Origin: Acholeplasmatales bacterium
GTDB taxonomy: Bacteria > Bacillota_I > Bacilli_A > Acholeplasmatales > Anaeroplasmataceae
Direction: 5' to 3'
Assembly: GCA_017444645.1 (NCBI GenBank)
Contig: JAFSWG010000033.1
Span: 3,267-67,266 of the forward strand
DNA: 64,000 nucleotides
In this document: one piece after another, positions 28,431 through 38,661 of the stretch
Layout: each line of letters begins with the position of its first letter
Numbering within the stretch: the stretch's first letter is position 1
Program-made: the position numbers and the translations under genes
Notes under the pieces: model-generated
Seen by the model: the letters and a program-made list of their open reading frames with translations, nothing else
Databases searched by the model: none
What the model was told of the DNA's origin: nothing

Positions 28431-30256
28431 TGGAAGAATTAGAAGATTTTGAAGAACTAGATGATAAGAATTCACATTATGATAATCATCCTTGGAAGAA
28501 AATATTTAAAACAGTATTTAAACATAAGGGACCGGCTATTGGATTAATAATATCTGTTGTATTTTTAGCCACACTTGATACATTATATCCATTCATCAAT
28601 AAATATGCCTTAGATAATTATTTTGGTGAAAATCCTTCATTTGATAATATTTATATTTTCATGGCATTTTATATTGGTGTTGCAGTTTTATATGGATTAA
28701 CTATATTTAGTTTTATTTTCTTTGCTGGTAAGGTTGAAGTTAATACATCTTATGAATTAAGAAAAGAAGCTTATTTAAATTTACAAAAGTTACCATTTTC
28801 TTATTTTGATAGAACAGCTCAAGGCTGGATTATGGCAAGACTTACAAGTGATTCAAGAAAATTATCAGAAATAATATCTTGGGGTGTAGTAGATTTACTT
28901 TGGGGTATTCTAACTATGTTTGGAATATTAGGAATATTAATGGTATTAAATATTCAATTAGCACTTATAATATTGATTATTTTACCAATTATTTTAGCAA
29001 TTACTATATTCATTAATTCAAAGATATTAAAAGCATATAGAAACGCAAGAAAAGAGAATTCTAAAATAACAGCTGCAATGAATGAAGGCTTTATGGGTGC
29101 TAAAGCAACTAAATCTTTAGTCATTGAAGATTCAAATAGCGAGGAATTCAATTATAAATCATTTAAATATAGAAGAGCTTCTTTAAGAGCGGTAGCTTTA
29201 TCTGCATTATTTGGACCAATTGTATTTATTACATGCTATGCTGCAGTTGGCTCTACAATATATTTAGGAACAGTTTTAGCAATTAATGTTCCGCTATTAT
29301 ATTTATTTGTTGATTATACAATTAAATTCTTTGATCCAGTAATGAATGTATCGTCAATACTTGGTGAATTTAAGCAAGCTCAAGCTTCAGCTGAAAGAAT
29401 TATAGCTTTAACTGAAGAAAAGCCAGAGATAACTGATACACCTGAGGTTATTGAAAAATATGGTACTATTTTCGAACCTAAGTTTGAGAACTTTGAACCA
29501 TTAATTGGTGATGTAGAATTTAAAAATGTAACATTTAAATATAACAATGGTGAAGAAGTATTAACTAATTTTAATTTGAATATTAAAGCTGGATCTAGTG
29601 TGGCATTAGTAGGTCATACAGGTTCTGGTAAATCTACCTTAGTTAATTTAATTTGTAGATTTTATGAACCAACATCAGGTGAAATATTAATTGATGGTAA
29701 AAATTATAAGGATAGAAGTATTACTTGGCTTCATTCTAATTTAGGATATGTATTACAAACACCACAATTATTTACTGGTACAATATTAGAAAATGTTAGA
29801 TATGGTAATTTAAAGGCAACAGACGAAGAATGTATTAATGCATTAAAAATGGTATCTGCAGATGAATTTATTGAAAAATTAGATGATAAATATAATACTA
29901 ATGTAGGAGAAGGTGGAGGAAAGCTTTCCTTAGGTGAAAAGCAATTAATATCTTTCGCAAGAGCAATAGTTAATGATCCAAGAATATTAATATTAGATGA
30001 AGCAACATCTTCAATTGATACAGAAACTGAATCAAAAATTCAAAACGCAATTGATGTAACTATGAAGGGTAGAACTACATTTATGATTGCTCATAGATTA
30101 TCTACAGTAGTTAACGCAGATGTTATTTTAGTAATGAAAGATGGTAAGGTTATGGAATCAGGTAATCATCATGAATTATTAAATAAACGTGGATATTATT
30201 TTGAATTATATAAAAACCAATTTTCAGAAGAATCTATTGGAAAGCTTCTTGCATAG
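28430..30256 (+). CDS. Heterodimeric ABC exporter subunit B (TMD-NBD; degenerate signature)
   Basis: GHTGSGKST, LSLGEKQL, LILDEATS, IAHRLST. Confidence 0.93.
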   Translation: MEELEDFEELDDKNSHYDNHPWKKIFKTVFKHKGPAIGLIISVVFLATLDTLYPFINKYALDNYFGENPSFDNIYIFMAFYIGVAVLYGLTIFSFIFFAGKVEVNTSYELRKEAYLNLQKLPFSYFDRTAQGWIMARLTSDSRKLSEIISWGVVDLLWGILTMFGILGILMVLNIQLALIILIILPIILAITIFINSKILKAYRNARKENSKITAAMNEGFMGAKATKSLVIEDSNSEEFNYKSFKYRRASLRAVALSALFGPIVFITCYAAVGSTIYLGTVLAINVPLLYLFVDYTIKFFDPVMNVSSILGEFKQAQASAERIIALTEEKPEITDTPEVIEKYGTIFEPKFENFEPLIGDVEFKNVTFKYNNGEEVLTNFNLNIKAGSSVALVGHTGSGKSTLVNLICRFYEPTSGEILIDGKNYKDRSITWLHSNLGYVLQTPQLFTGTILENVRYGNLKATDEECINALKMVSADEFIEKLDDKYNTNVGEGGGKLSLGEKQLISFARAIVNDPRILILDEATSSIDTETESKIQNAIDVTMKGRTTFMIAHRLSTVVNADVILVMKDGKVMESGNHHELLNKRGYYFELYKNQFSEESIGKLLA

Positions 30257-30304
30257 TTTTAGTTAATAAACTATAATTGTTATGGTTATTAGAGGTATTT
30301 AAAA

Positions 30305-31540
30305 ATGAATCAAGAATTATTTAAGAAAAACAGAAAAAAGATATTTGATCAAATGATTGATAATTCAATATTTGTTATTTTCTCTAGAAAAAATGGCGAT
30401 GATGATATATTTAAGCAATCATATAACGTCAATAGAAATTATTTCTATGTTTCTGGTGTATTAGAATATGAAAATATTGTAGTATTAACAAAGATAAATA
30501 ATAAAACTACAGAAATGATTTTTATTAATCCATATGATGAATTCAAGGCTAAATGGGTTGGAGCTCCTAAATCAAAGGAGGAAATAACTGAATTATCAGG
30601 TATTACTGATGTAAGATACTTAGATAAATTCAATTCTAATTTATTAAGCTTATTATCATATTGTAATAATTTATATCTAGATTTTATTCCAACAGAAATC
30701 GATTCTAATTTAGATGAGGATAGATTATTTGCTAAAAATATTAAAGAAAAAATGCCATGGATTAATATATTAAATGGTAGAAAGCTATTTAGTGTTGCTA
30801 GAACTATTAAAGAGCCTGAAGAAATAGAAGAAATGAAAAAGGCTATTGAAATAACTAATAAAGGAATCCAAAATATATTAGCTCACATGGGAAGCATGTA
30901 TGAATATCAATTAGAATCATATTTTGATCAAGCTATTAAGTATTATGGAGCAACAGGCTATGCTTTTCCTACAATAGCAGCATCAGGTAAAAATGCTACA
31001 TGCTTACACTATATGGAAAATAAAGATATAGCTAAGGATGGAGATTTAATATTATTTGATTTAGGCTGTAGCTTAAATATGTATTGTTCTGATATATCAA
31101 GAACATTCCCTGTATCTGGTAAATTTAGTCCAAGACAAAAACAATTATATGATATTGTTTTAAAGGGACAAGAGGTTGTATTTAATAACGCAAAGCCAGG
31201 TGTTACAACAAAAGAATTAAATCAAATATTAGTTAAATATTATGAAAAAGAATTAAAGAATATTGGCTTAATTAATAAACCAGAAGATGTATTTAAATAT
31301 TATTATCATGGAGTAAGTCATCATATTGGCTTAGATTGTCATGATTTATGTGAATACGATAAATTAAAACCAGGTTCAATTATTTCTAATGAACCAGGAT
31401 TATATATCGAAGAAGAAAATATAGGTATTCGTATAGAAGATGATATTTTAATTACTGAAACTGGTGCTGAGTGGTTAAGTCCACAAATCATAAAAACAAC
31501 AAAAGCTATTGAAGAATTTATAGAGAGGAATAGAAAATAA
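30305..31540 (+). CDS. pepP: Xaa-Pro aminopeptidase (M24B)
   Basis: LHY, LFDLG...YCSDISRTFP, HGVSHHIGLDCHD, EPGLY, GIRIEDD. Confidence 0.92.
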   Translation: MNQELFKKNRKKIFDQMIDNSIFVIFSRKNGDDDIFKQSYNVNRNYFYVSGVLEYENIVVLTKINNKTTEMIFINPYDEFKAKWVGAPKSKEEITELSGITDVRYLDKFNSNLLSLLSYCNNLYLDFIPTEIDSNLDEDRLFAKNIKEKMPWINILNGRKLFSVARTIKEPEEIEEMKKAIEITNKGIQNILAHMGSMYEYQLESYFDQAIKYYGATGYAFPTIAASGKNATCLHYMENKDIAKDGDLILFDLGCSLNMYCSDISRTFPVSGKFSPRQKQLYDIVLKGQEVVFNNAKPGVTTKELNQILVKYYEKELKNIGLINKPEDVFKYYYHGVSHHIGLDCHDLCEYDKLKPGSIISNEPGLYIEEENIGIRIEDDILITETGAEWLSPQIIKTTKAIEEFIERNRK

Positions 31541-32766
31541 TGAATAAGACTATATTAAAAAATTATGCAAAGCTAATTGTTGAAATTGGTGCAAATGTTC
31601 AAAAAGGACAAGATGTTGTTGTTAATGCTAGAGTTAATGAAGCATATTTTGCTGAATTAGTAGTAGAGGCTGCATACAAGGCTAAGGCTAGAAGTGTAAG
31701 AGTTGAATGGAGTGATGATCAAGTTACTCGTTTAGCTTATAAATATCAAACAACAAAAACTTTATCTGAAATGCCAAAGTGGCAAGAAGAAAAATTACAA
31801 CATGCTGTAGATACATTACCTGCAAGAATTTATATTGTATCTGATGACCCAGATGCCCTAAAGGGTGTTGACCAAGATAAGTTTACTAAGGTTAGAATGG
31901 CACTTGGTCCAACTATTATGAAATATCGTGAACAAATGGAAAATAAATATCAATGGGTTATCGCAGGTGTACCTAGTGAAGCTTGGGCTAAGAAGGTATT
32001 CCCTAATGAAACTAAAAATAACGCAATTAAGAAATTATGGGATGCAATCTTAACTACAACAAGAGCTTTAGGTGATCCAATTAAAAATTGGAATGAGCAT
32101 AATAAAGTATTAAAAGAAAAATGTGAATGGTTAAATAATTTAAAAATTGACACATTATATTACAAATCTTCTAATGGTACAGATTTCTCAATCAAATTAA
32201 AGCAAGGTATGATTTTTGAAGGTGGAGCTGCAAAGACTCTTCAAGGTATAGTATATCAACCAAATATGCCAACAGAAGAATGCTTTACATCACCAGATAA
32301 ATATTCAGCAAACGGTACTGTTATGGCAACAAAACCTCTTTCAGTAGATGGTAAGGTTGTTGATAACTTTGGATTTAGATTTGAAAATGGTAAAGTAGTT
32401 GAAGTTATTGCTAAGGAACAAGAACATAAAGAAGTATTAGAACATTTAATTTCTGTTGATGAAGGAGCAAGACAACTTGGTGAAGTTGCTTTAGTACCTT
32501 TTGATTCACCAATTAATCAAACAGGTATTTTATTCTTCGAAACATTATATGATGAAAATGCATGCTGCCATTTAGCTTTAGGTAGAGCATTTGAAGAATG
32601 TATTAAGGATTTTGATAAAATGACAGAAGAAGAAAGAAAAGCATTTGATTTAAATGTTTCTATTATTCATGTTGATTTTATGATTGGATCAAGAGATTTA
32701 AATATTACTGCTAAAACAATTGATGGCAATACAGTAGAAATATTTAAGAATGGTACATGGGCATAA
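31540..32766 (+). CDS. M29 aminopeptidase (AmpS/PepS)
   Basis: PNMPTEECFTSP, LGEVAL, TLYDENACCHLALG, SIIHVDFMIG. Confidence 0.93.
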   Translation: MNKTILKNYAKLIVEIGANVQKGQDVVVNARVNEAYFAELVVEAAYKAKARSVRVEWSDDQVTRLAYKYQTTKTLSEMPKWQEEKLQHAVDTLPARIYIVSDDPDALKGVDQDKFTKVRMALGPTIMKYREQMENKYQWVIAGVPSEAWAKKVFPNETKNNAIKKLWDAILTTTRALGDPIKNWNEHNKVLKEKCEWLNNLKIDTLYYKSSNGTDFSIKLKQGMIFEGGAAKTLQGIVYQPNMPTEECFTSPDKYSANGTVMATKPLSVDGKVVDNFGFRFENGKVVEVIAKEQEHKEVLEHLISVDEGARQLGEVALVPFDSPINQTGILFFETLYDENACCHLALGRAFEECIKDFDKMTEEERKAFDLNVSIIHVDFMIGSRDLNITAKTIDGNTVEIFKNGTWA

Positions 32767-33293
32767 TGCTACATCCTATTAAACATTTCATTACAATAAC
32801 TAAGCATAGACATTTAGTAATGCATTATTGCTTTAAATGTGGGTTATACAAGCAAGGCTTATTACATGATTTATCAAAATATGGCTTCACTGAATTTTGG
32901 CGTGGAGCTAAATATTATGCAGGAAATAAATCACCACATTATAATGAAAGAATGACAAATGGTTATTCTTTAGCTTGGATGCATCATAAGGGTAGAAATA
33001 AACATCATGTAGAATATTGGTCTGATGTAAATATGGAAACTCATAAATATGAATATGTAATAATTCCAAATAAATATATTGCTGAAGGAATGTGTGATAG
33101 AATCGCTGCTTCAAAGGTATATAATAAAAAGGAATTTAAACCTGAATTTGTAAAAGATTATTTTCAAAAAGAAACAGCATTTTTGCCAATGCATGAAAAG
33201 GTTAGAGAAACATATTTATTCTTAATGGATTATTATATCGAAAATGGTGAAAAAGCACTATTTAAATACATAAAAAAGAATATGAGAAAATAA
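32766..33293 (+). CDS. HD-like DUF5662-type protein
   Basis: HRHLV, LLHDLSKY, AWMHHKGRNKHH.EYW, CDRIAAS. Confidence 0.78.
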   Translation: MLHPIKHFITITKHRHLVMHYCFKCGLYKQGLLHDLSKYGFTEFWRGAKYYAGNKSPHYNERMTNGYSLAWMHHKGRNKHHVEYWSDVNMETHKYEYVIIPNKYIAEGMCDRIAASKVYNKKEFKPEFVKDYFQKETAFLPMHEKVRETYLFLMDYYIENGEKALFKYIKKNMRK

Positions 33294-33330
33294 TTATTGT
33301 AAATTATTAAATTAATAGTATAATAATTTT

Positions 33331-33390
33331 GGGAATGATTGTCTCCCTTGCTTTATGCAAAACCGCTTATTTAAGCTGATGACGTCTATG
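33331..33390 (+). ncRNA. Fluoride (crcB-motif) riboswitch aptamer
   Basis: GGGAATGATTGTCTCCC P1, AAACCGC, P2 GCTTA/TAAGC, GCTGATGACGTCT pseudoknot; starts 7 nt after TATAAT (33319-33324). Confidence 0.88.
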
Positions 33391-33420
33391 ATTATTCATG
33401 GGACATTATCGGCTTTTTTT
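33374..33420 (+). terminator. Riboswitch expression platform (intrinsic terminator overlapping the aptamer)
   Basis: AGCTGATGACGTCTATG pairs with CATGGGACATTATCGGCT, followed by T7. Confidence 0.8.
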
Positions 33421-33440
33421 GATTTTTGGAGGTGCTAAAA

Positions 33441-34649
33441 ATGAATATATTTTTATCATTATTCATTATATTTTTTGCAGGAATATTGGGTGGATTTATA
33501 TTTGAAAAAATAAAATTACCTAAATTAATTTTCTATATTATTTTAGGTATATTAATTGGTCCATCTGTATTTAATATTGTTGATGATACATTAATAAATA
33601 TATCATCATATTTAAGGCAAATTGCATTAGTTATTATATTAACTAGATCAGGATTATCTTTAGATATTAATAATTTAAAGAAAATAGGAAGACCTGCGAT
33701 ATTAATGTGTTTTATTCCTGCAACATTTGAAATAATTGGTATAACAATATTCGCACCATTATTTTTATCTATATCATATTTAGAAGCATTATTATTAGGT
33801 TCTGTATTAGCTGCAGTATCTCCAGCAATTGTAGTACCTAGAATGATTAAGCTAATGGATGAAGGATATAATAAAAATAATGTACCAGAGCTTGTAATGG
33901 CTGGCGCTTCATGTGACGATATATTTGTCATTGTTTTATTTTATTCATTTAAAGAATTAGTAAAAACTTCAACATTTAATGCTTGGAATATATCTCAAAT
34001 ACCAATCAGTATTATAACAGGTATAGTGTTAGGCTTAATAATAGGCTTATTAATGGTTGCAATAATTAAACATTTAAAGCTAAATAAGGTGATAAATGTA
34101 GTTTTAATGCTAGGACTATCATTTGGTATGATTGCGTTAGAAAATGTATTAAAACCTTATTTTAGCGTCTCTTCTTTATTAGCAATAATTGTAATGGCAT
34201 TAGTGATAAATATATTTAAAAAAGAAGAAGCAAAAGAAATTCAAAAATCATACAACAATCTATGGCAAGGATTTGAAATATTATTATTTACTTTAGTGGG
34301 TATCGCAACAAATATTAATTATGCATTTTCTAAAGATGGACTAATTATAGTAGGGCTAATATTTATTGCGTTAATATTTAGAAGTATTGGTGTTATTATT
34401 TGTATAATTTGTACTAAATTTAATAAGAAAGAAAAGATATTTATTATTATTTCATATCTTCCTAAAGCAACCGTTCAAGCCTCTATTGGAGCCATCGCTT
34501 TAAGTGAGGGTTTAGCATGCGGAGAAATAGTACTTACAGCTGCAGTTGTATCAATACTAATCACAGCTCCTTTAGGTGCGATATTAATAGATAGTTTATA
34601 TAAGAAATTATTAAAATACGACAATGAAATTATTGAAAATATACAATGA
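33441..34649 (+). CDS. Cation/proton antiporter, NHA (SLC9B)-like
   Basis: About 12-13 TM; AAVSPAIVVP, GASCDDIF di-aspartate, YLPKATVQA; GGAGG RBS before ATG 33441. Confidence 0.9.
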   Translation: MNIFLSLFIIFFAGILGGFIFEKIKLPKLIFYIILGILIGPSVFNIVDDTLINISSYLRQIALVIILTRSGLSLDINNLKKIGRPAILMCFIPATFEIIGITIFAPLFLSISYLEALLLGSVLAAVSPAIVVPRMIKLMDEGYNKNNVPELVMAGASCDDIFVIVLFYSFKELVKTSTFNAWNISQIPISIITGIVLGLIIGLLMVAIIKHLKLNKVINVVLMLGLSFGMIALENVLKPYFSVSSLLAIIVMALVINIFKKEEAKEIQKSYNNLWQGFEILLFTLVGIATNINYAFSKDGLIIVGLIFIALIFRSIGVIICIICTKFNKKEKIFIIISYLPKATVQASIGAIALSEGLACGEIVLTAAVVSILITAPLGAILIDSLYKKLLKYDNEIIENIQ

Positions 34650-34711
34650 TATATATTCTTTTATTTTAATAAAAATAATGTTATAATTTAAAACGTTTGG
34701 AGGAAGCATTT

Positions 34712-35521
34712 ATGATTGAAGTTAAAGGCTTAACATATGCATATACTGAAAAAGATGTTGCAGTAACTGATGTGTCATTTGATGTAAAAGATCATGAATG
34801 GCTTTCTATTATTGGGCATAATGGCTCTGGAAAATCAACTATAGCTAAGCTATTAGTTGGTCTTTTAGCTCCAACTAGTGGAACTATTTCATATGATGGT
34901 GTTGTATTAAATGAAAACACAGTTAATGATTTAAGAAAAAGAATCGGTATTGTATTTCAAAATCCTGATAATCAATTTGTTGGCTATAATGTAAAATACG
35001 ATATTGCATTTGGCCTTGAAAATCATATGGTTCCAAGAGATGAAATGTTAAAGCTAATCGATGAATATACTAAAAAAGTCGATATGAATGAATATCTTGA
35101 AAGAGAACCCCAAACATTATCTGGCGGGCAAAAACAAAGAGTCGCAATAGCCGGTATTTTAGCACTTAATTGTGACATTATTATCTTAGATGAATCAACA
35201 TCTATGTTAGATCCTCAAGGTACAGAAGAAATTATAAATATTATTGAAGAATTACATAATAAATATAATAAAACAATTATAACAATCACTCATGATTTAA
35301 ATTTAGCTTCAAAAAGTGATCATATAATTGTTATGAGACAAGGTAAACAAATCTTATCTGGTACACCAAATGAGGTTTTTGAAAGAAGAGATATATTATT
35401 ATCATCTAATTTAGATATGCCATTTGGCTTAAGGGCAGCCTTCTTGGCAAAAGAGGATGATATTATAAGTAAAAACAAGGAGTTAATAGATACTCTATGG
35501 GAATATCATTTAAAGAAGTAA
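34712..35521 (+). CDS. ecfA1: ECF transporter ATPase A1
   Basis: GHNGSGKST, FQNPDNQFVG, LSGGQKQR. Confidence 0.93.
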   Translation: MIEVKGLTYAYTEKDVAVTDVSFDVKDHEWLSIIGHNGSGKSTIAKLLVGLLAPTSGTISYDGVVLNENTVNDLRKRIGIVFQNPDNQFVGYNVKYDIAFGLENHMVPRDEMLKLIDEYTKKVDMNEYLEREPQTLSGGQKQRVAIAGILALNCDIIILDESTSMLDPQGTEEIINIIEELHNKYNKTIITITHDLNLASKSDHIIVMRQGKQILSGTPNEVFERRDILLSSNLDMPFGLRAAFLAKEDDIISKNKELIDTLWEYHLKK

Positions 35522-36369
35522 CTCATTCCTTTAGAGGAATAAAGAAAAAGGAAATATATACTGCCCTAGAAAATATTTCCTTAGATATTGACGAAAAAAA
35601 TGAATTTATTGCGGTAGTTGGAAAAACAGGTTCTGGTAAATCAACAATGCTTAAGCATATGAATGGACTATATTTACCAACAGCTGGAAATGTATGTGTA
35701 TTTGATTCTATTATTACTCCAAATCAAAGGAAGAATCCAAAATTAAAAAAAGTAAGAAAAAGAGTAGGATATGTATTCCAATTTCCTGAATATCAATTAT
35801 TTGAAGAAACAGTGTTAAAGGATATAATGTTCGCTCCAATTAATTTTGGTATGAAGCCAGAAGAAGCAAAAGCTAAAGCAATCTCAGTTGCTAAATTATT
35901 AAAAATAGAAAAATTATTAAATAAGTCACCTTTCAATTTATCTGGTGGACAAATGAGAAAGGTAGCTATAGCTGGTATTTTAGCATATGATCCTGATATT
36001 TTATTATTAGATGAGCCAACAAGAGGACTTGATCCACTTGGTGCTAAAGAAATAATGGAAATATTCTATAAAATTCATAAAGAAACAGGTAAAACAATTA
36101 TAATGATTACCCATGATATGAATTTAGTATATCAATACGCAACAAGAGTTGTTGTAATGAAGGATGCTAAAATTACTTTTGATGGAAAAAAAGAAGAAGT
36201 ATTTGGATCAAATATTTATAAAGATAATAATTTAGCTAAGCCAGAAATATTAGAATTAATTGATTATCTTAATGAAAAATTACATTTAAATATTTCTTAT
36301 GATACCTATACATTAGATGATTTATTAGTGAAACTAAGAAATCTAAAGGTAGGTGATAGTAATGAATAA
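35497..36369 (+). CDS. ecfA2: ECF transporter ATPase A2
   Basis: GKTGSGKST, FQFPEYQLFEETV, SPFNLSGGQMR. Confidence 0.93.
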   Translation: MGISFKEVTHSFRGIKKKEIYTALENISLDIDEKNEFIAVVGKTGSGKSTMLKHMNGLYLPTAGNVCVFDSIITPNQRKNPKLKKVRKRVGYVFQFPEYQLFEETVLKDIMFAPINFGMKPEEAKAKAISVAKLLKIEKLLNKSPFNLSGGQMRKVAIAGILAYDPDILLLDEPTRGLDPLGAKEIMEIFYKIHKETGKTIIMITHDMNLVYQYATRVVVMKDAKITFDGKKEEVFGSNIYKDNNLAKPEILELIDYLNEKLHLNISYDTYTLDDLLVKLRNLKVGDSNE

Positions 36370-37384
36370 TTTTACTTTTGGTCAATATGTTCCAGGAAAA
36401 AGTTGGATATATAAGGCAGACCCAAGAACTAAAATATTACTTACTATCGCATTAATAGTATTAATATTCTTAATACCTGATTTACTTTGGATGACTTATG
36501 CGTTAGGTGCATTTGTATTAATATTTATATCAACAAGAATATCTATTATAAAAATATTAAAAAGTATAAAGGGTGTTATATTTTTATTGTTATTTACAGT
36601 AATTTTACAGCTAATTTATACTAAAGGAACTGAATTAGATCCTAATCCTTTATATACATTTAATATGCAAATAGGATTATGGCAATTATTAATATGCATT
36701 GGATTAATAGTAATATATTTTGTACTAAAAAAATATATACCATTTAAATTATTATTTTTCTTGGTATTATTCGCTATAGGATTTATAGTATTATGGAAAA
36801 ATCCATTTGTTGACACAGGTTCAAGCTTTTCATGGACATGGCAATTTGATAACATGAAATGGGCTGATTTTAATTTTGATATTTATAAAGCTGGTCTTGA
36901 AAAGAGTGGATTTATATTTATTAGAATTGTTTTAATGATTTCAATAACACAGTTATTAACATTAACTACAATGTCAACAGATATTAATAATGGTCTTGAA
37001 TGGATTTTATCTCCATTAAAATTATTAAAAATACCAGTTGGTGTATTTGCAATGCTAATATCATTAACATTGAGATTTATTCCTACTTTATTATCTGAAA
37101 GTAGAAAGATAATGCAAGCTCAAGCTTCACGTGGTGTTGATTTCAACGAAGGTAGCCTAAAGGATAAAGTAAATCAAATAATATCATTATTAATTCCAAT
37201 GTTTGTTATTTCATTTAAAAGAGCAGATGAACTATCAGATGCTATGGAAGCAAGAGGCTATGTAATTGGTGCTAAAAGAACAAGAATAGATTTATTAAGA
37301 TTTAGATTTATTGATTTCTTCTGTATTTTTGTTGTAGTCGCAATGTTTGCTGTAGTAATTATTCATATGGTAGGTGTATTTTAA
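36362..37384 (+). CDS. ecfT: ECF transporter transmembrane component T (with internal insertion)
   Basis: GQYVPG.S.I...DPRTK, LRFIPTL, AQASRG, AMEARGY. Confidence 0.92.
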   Translation: MNNFTFGQYVPGKSWIYKADPRTKILLTIALIVLIFLIPDLLWMTYALGAFVLIFISTRISIIKILKSIKGVIFLLLFTVILQLIYTKGTELDPNPLYTFNMQIGLWQLLICIGLIVIYFVLKKYIPFKLLFFLVLFAIGFIVLWKNPFVDTGSSFSWTWQFDNMKWADFNFDIYKAGLEKSGFIFIRIVLMISITQLLTLTTMSTDINNGLEWILSPLKLLKIPVGVFAMLISLTLRFIPTLLSESRKIMQAQASRGVDFNEGSLKDKVNQIISLLIPMFVISFKRADELSDAMEARGYVIGAKRTRIDLLRFRFIDFFCIFVVVAMFAVVIIHMVGVF

Positions 37385-38121
37385 TGAGATATAAATGCAT
37401 AGTATCATATGATGGATATAATTATATGGGATTTCAGGTTCAGGATAATGAACCCACAATAGAATTATATATAGAAGAAGCAATAAAAAAAATGCTTGGA
37501 ATTGATGTTAAAATATATCCATCAGGTAGAACTGATAGATATGTTCATGCAATAGCTCAAGTATTTCACTTTGATTTAGATAAGGATTTACCAGATAATG
37601 GTATTAAAAGAGGAATTAATGCATTCTTACCTGATGATATACATATAATGGATGTTAAGCATGTATCAGATGATTTTCATGCTAGGTTTAGTGCGATATC
37701 TAAAGAATATAGATATTATATAAACACAGGTGAATATAATCCTTTAACAATTAGATATATGCCTAATATCACAAATTTAGATGTTGATAAAATGGATGAA
37801 GCAATTAAATTATTTATTGGTACTCATAATTTCAAAGGCTTTGCCTCAGCTCAAATTGATGAAAGAAAGGATACTAATAAGACTATATTTGATGCTCATA
37901 TCAATAGATTAGATGATAAACTAGAATTTGTTTTTATAGGTACTGGATTTTTAAAATATCAGGTTAGAAGAATGATGGGTATTTTAATTGAAATTGGTAG
38001 AGGATTTCAAAATAAAGAATTAATAAATGAAGTATTAGAAAAATATGATCCTAAAATAAGCCATAAGGTAGCACCTGGGTGTGGATTATATTTATACAAG
38101 GTGAATTATAAAGATGAATAA
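37384..38121 (+). CDS. truA: tRNA pseudouridine(38-40) synthase
   Basis: YDGYNYMGFQ, SGRTDRYVHA, FHARFSA, GFLKYQVR; follows ecfT. Confidence 0.96.
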   Translation: MRYKCIVSYDGYNYMGFQVQDNEPTIELYIEEAIKKMLGIDVKIYPSGRTDRYVHAIAQVFHFDLDKDLPDNGIKRGINAFLPDDIHIMDVKHVSDDFHARFSAISKEYRYYINTGEYNPLTIRYMPNITNLDVDKMDEAIKLFIGTHNFKGFASAQIDERKDTNKTIFDAHINRLDDKLEFVFIGTGFLKYQVRRMMGILIEIGRGFQNKELINEVLEKYDPKISHKVAPGCGLYLYKVNYKDE

Positions 38122-38500
38122 TGACAGAAAAGAAAATGGAGTATATCTTAAGCATAATGGATGTAATTGCTGTCAAGCAGTTATATTAAGCTATAAAGAT
38201 ATGCTAGATTTAGATGAAGAAACATTAAGAAAGCTTGGTTCAAGCTATGGAGTTGGCATGGGATGCATGGAAGCAACATGTGGTGCATTAATTGGTGCTA
38301 CTATGGTACTTGGTTTACTTAATGATGGTTCAATTGGAACAATGAAAAAATCTAAAGCAATATTAGAAAGATTCAAAGAGTTATCTAAGGATACAATTTG
38401 TAAGAACCTAAAAGGAATCGAAACAGGTGTTGTTTTAACATCTTGTGATGATTGTGTTAGAAATGCAATTCAATCTCTAGATGAGTTTTTAGGTGAATAA
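38114..38500 (+). CDS. C_GCAxxG_C_C family putative redox protein
   Basis: NCCQAV, TCGALIG, ICKNL, CDDCV cysteine pattern. Confidence 0.85.
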   Translation: MNNDRKENGVYLKHNGCNCCQAVILSYKDMLDLDEETLRKLGSSYGVGMGCMEATCGALIGATMVLGLLNDGSIGTMKKSKAILERFKELSKDTICKNLKGIETGVVLTSCDDCVRNAIQSLDEFLGE

Positions 38501-38508
38501 GAATTATT

Positions 38509-38537
38509 GGAGTGGCGTTTGCCACTCTTTATTTTTT
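38509..38537 (+). terminator. Intrinsic terminator
   Basis: GAGTGGC-gttt-GCCACTC plus T-rich tail. Confidence 0.8.
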
Positions 38538-38645
38538 GGCACCATTTAGATAAAGTTATGGTGCCAAAATGGCACTATTTTTCATAAAGAGTGGTGCCAA
38601 AATGGCACTAAACACGTTGACATTATGGTGCCAATTCAGTATAAT
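38537..38645 (+). promoter_or_regulatory. Phased operator array and sigma-A promoter of the XRE-MNT gene
   Basis: TGGTGCCAAAATGGCACTA at 38559-38577 and 38592-38610; half sites 38537-38544 and 38626-38634; TTGACA 38617-38622, 17 nt, TATAAT 38640-38645. Confidence 0.85.
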
Positions 38646-38661
38646 TATCATAGGTGAGAAT

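Noticed and set aside
26613-30256. Degenerate ABC motifs as signs of pseudogenisation
   Set aside because: One degenerate and one consensus ATP site is the normal arrangement for heterodimeric exporters.
34690-34700. AAAACGTTTGG upstream of ecfA1 as another LacI operator
   Set aside because: Matches only the core and diverges on the right flank; no functional link to sugar use.
38537-38634. 33-bp-periodic repeats as a mini CRISPR array
   Set aside because: Only two full 19-bp copies with a 14-nt gap, no cas genes, and they overlap a promoter; better explained as operators.
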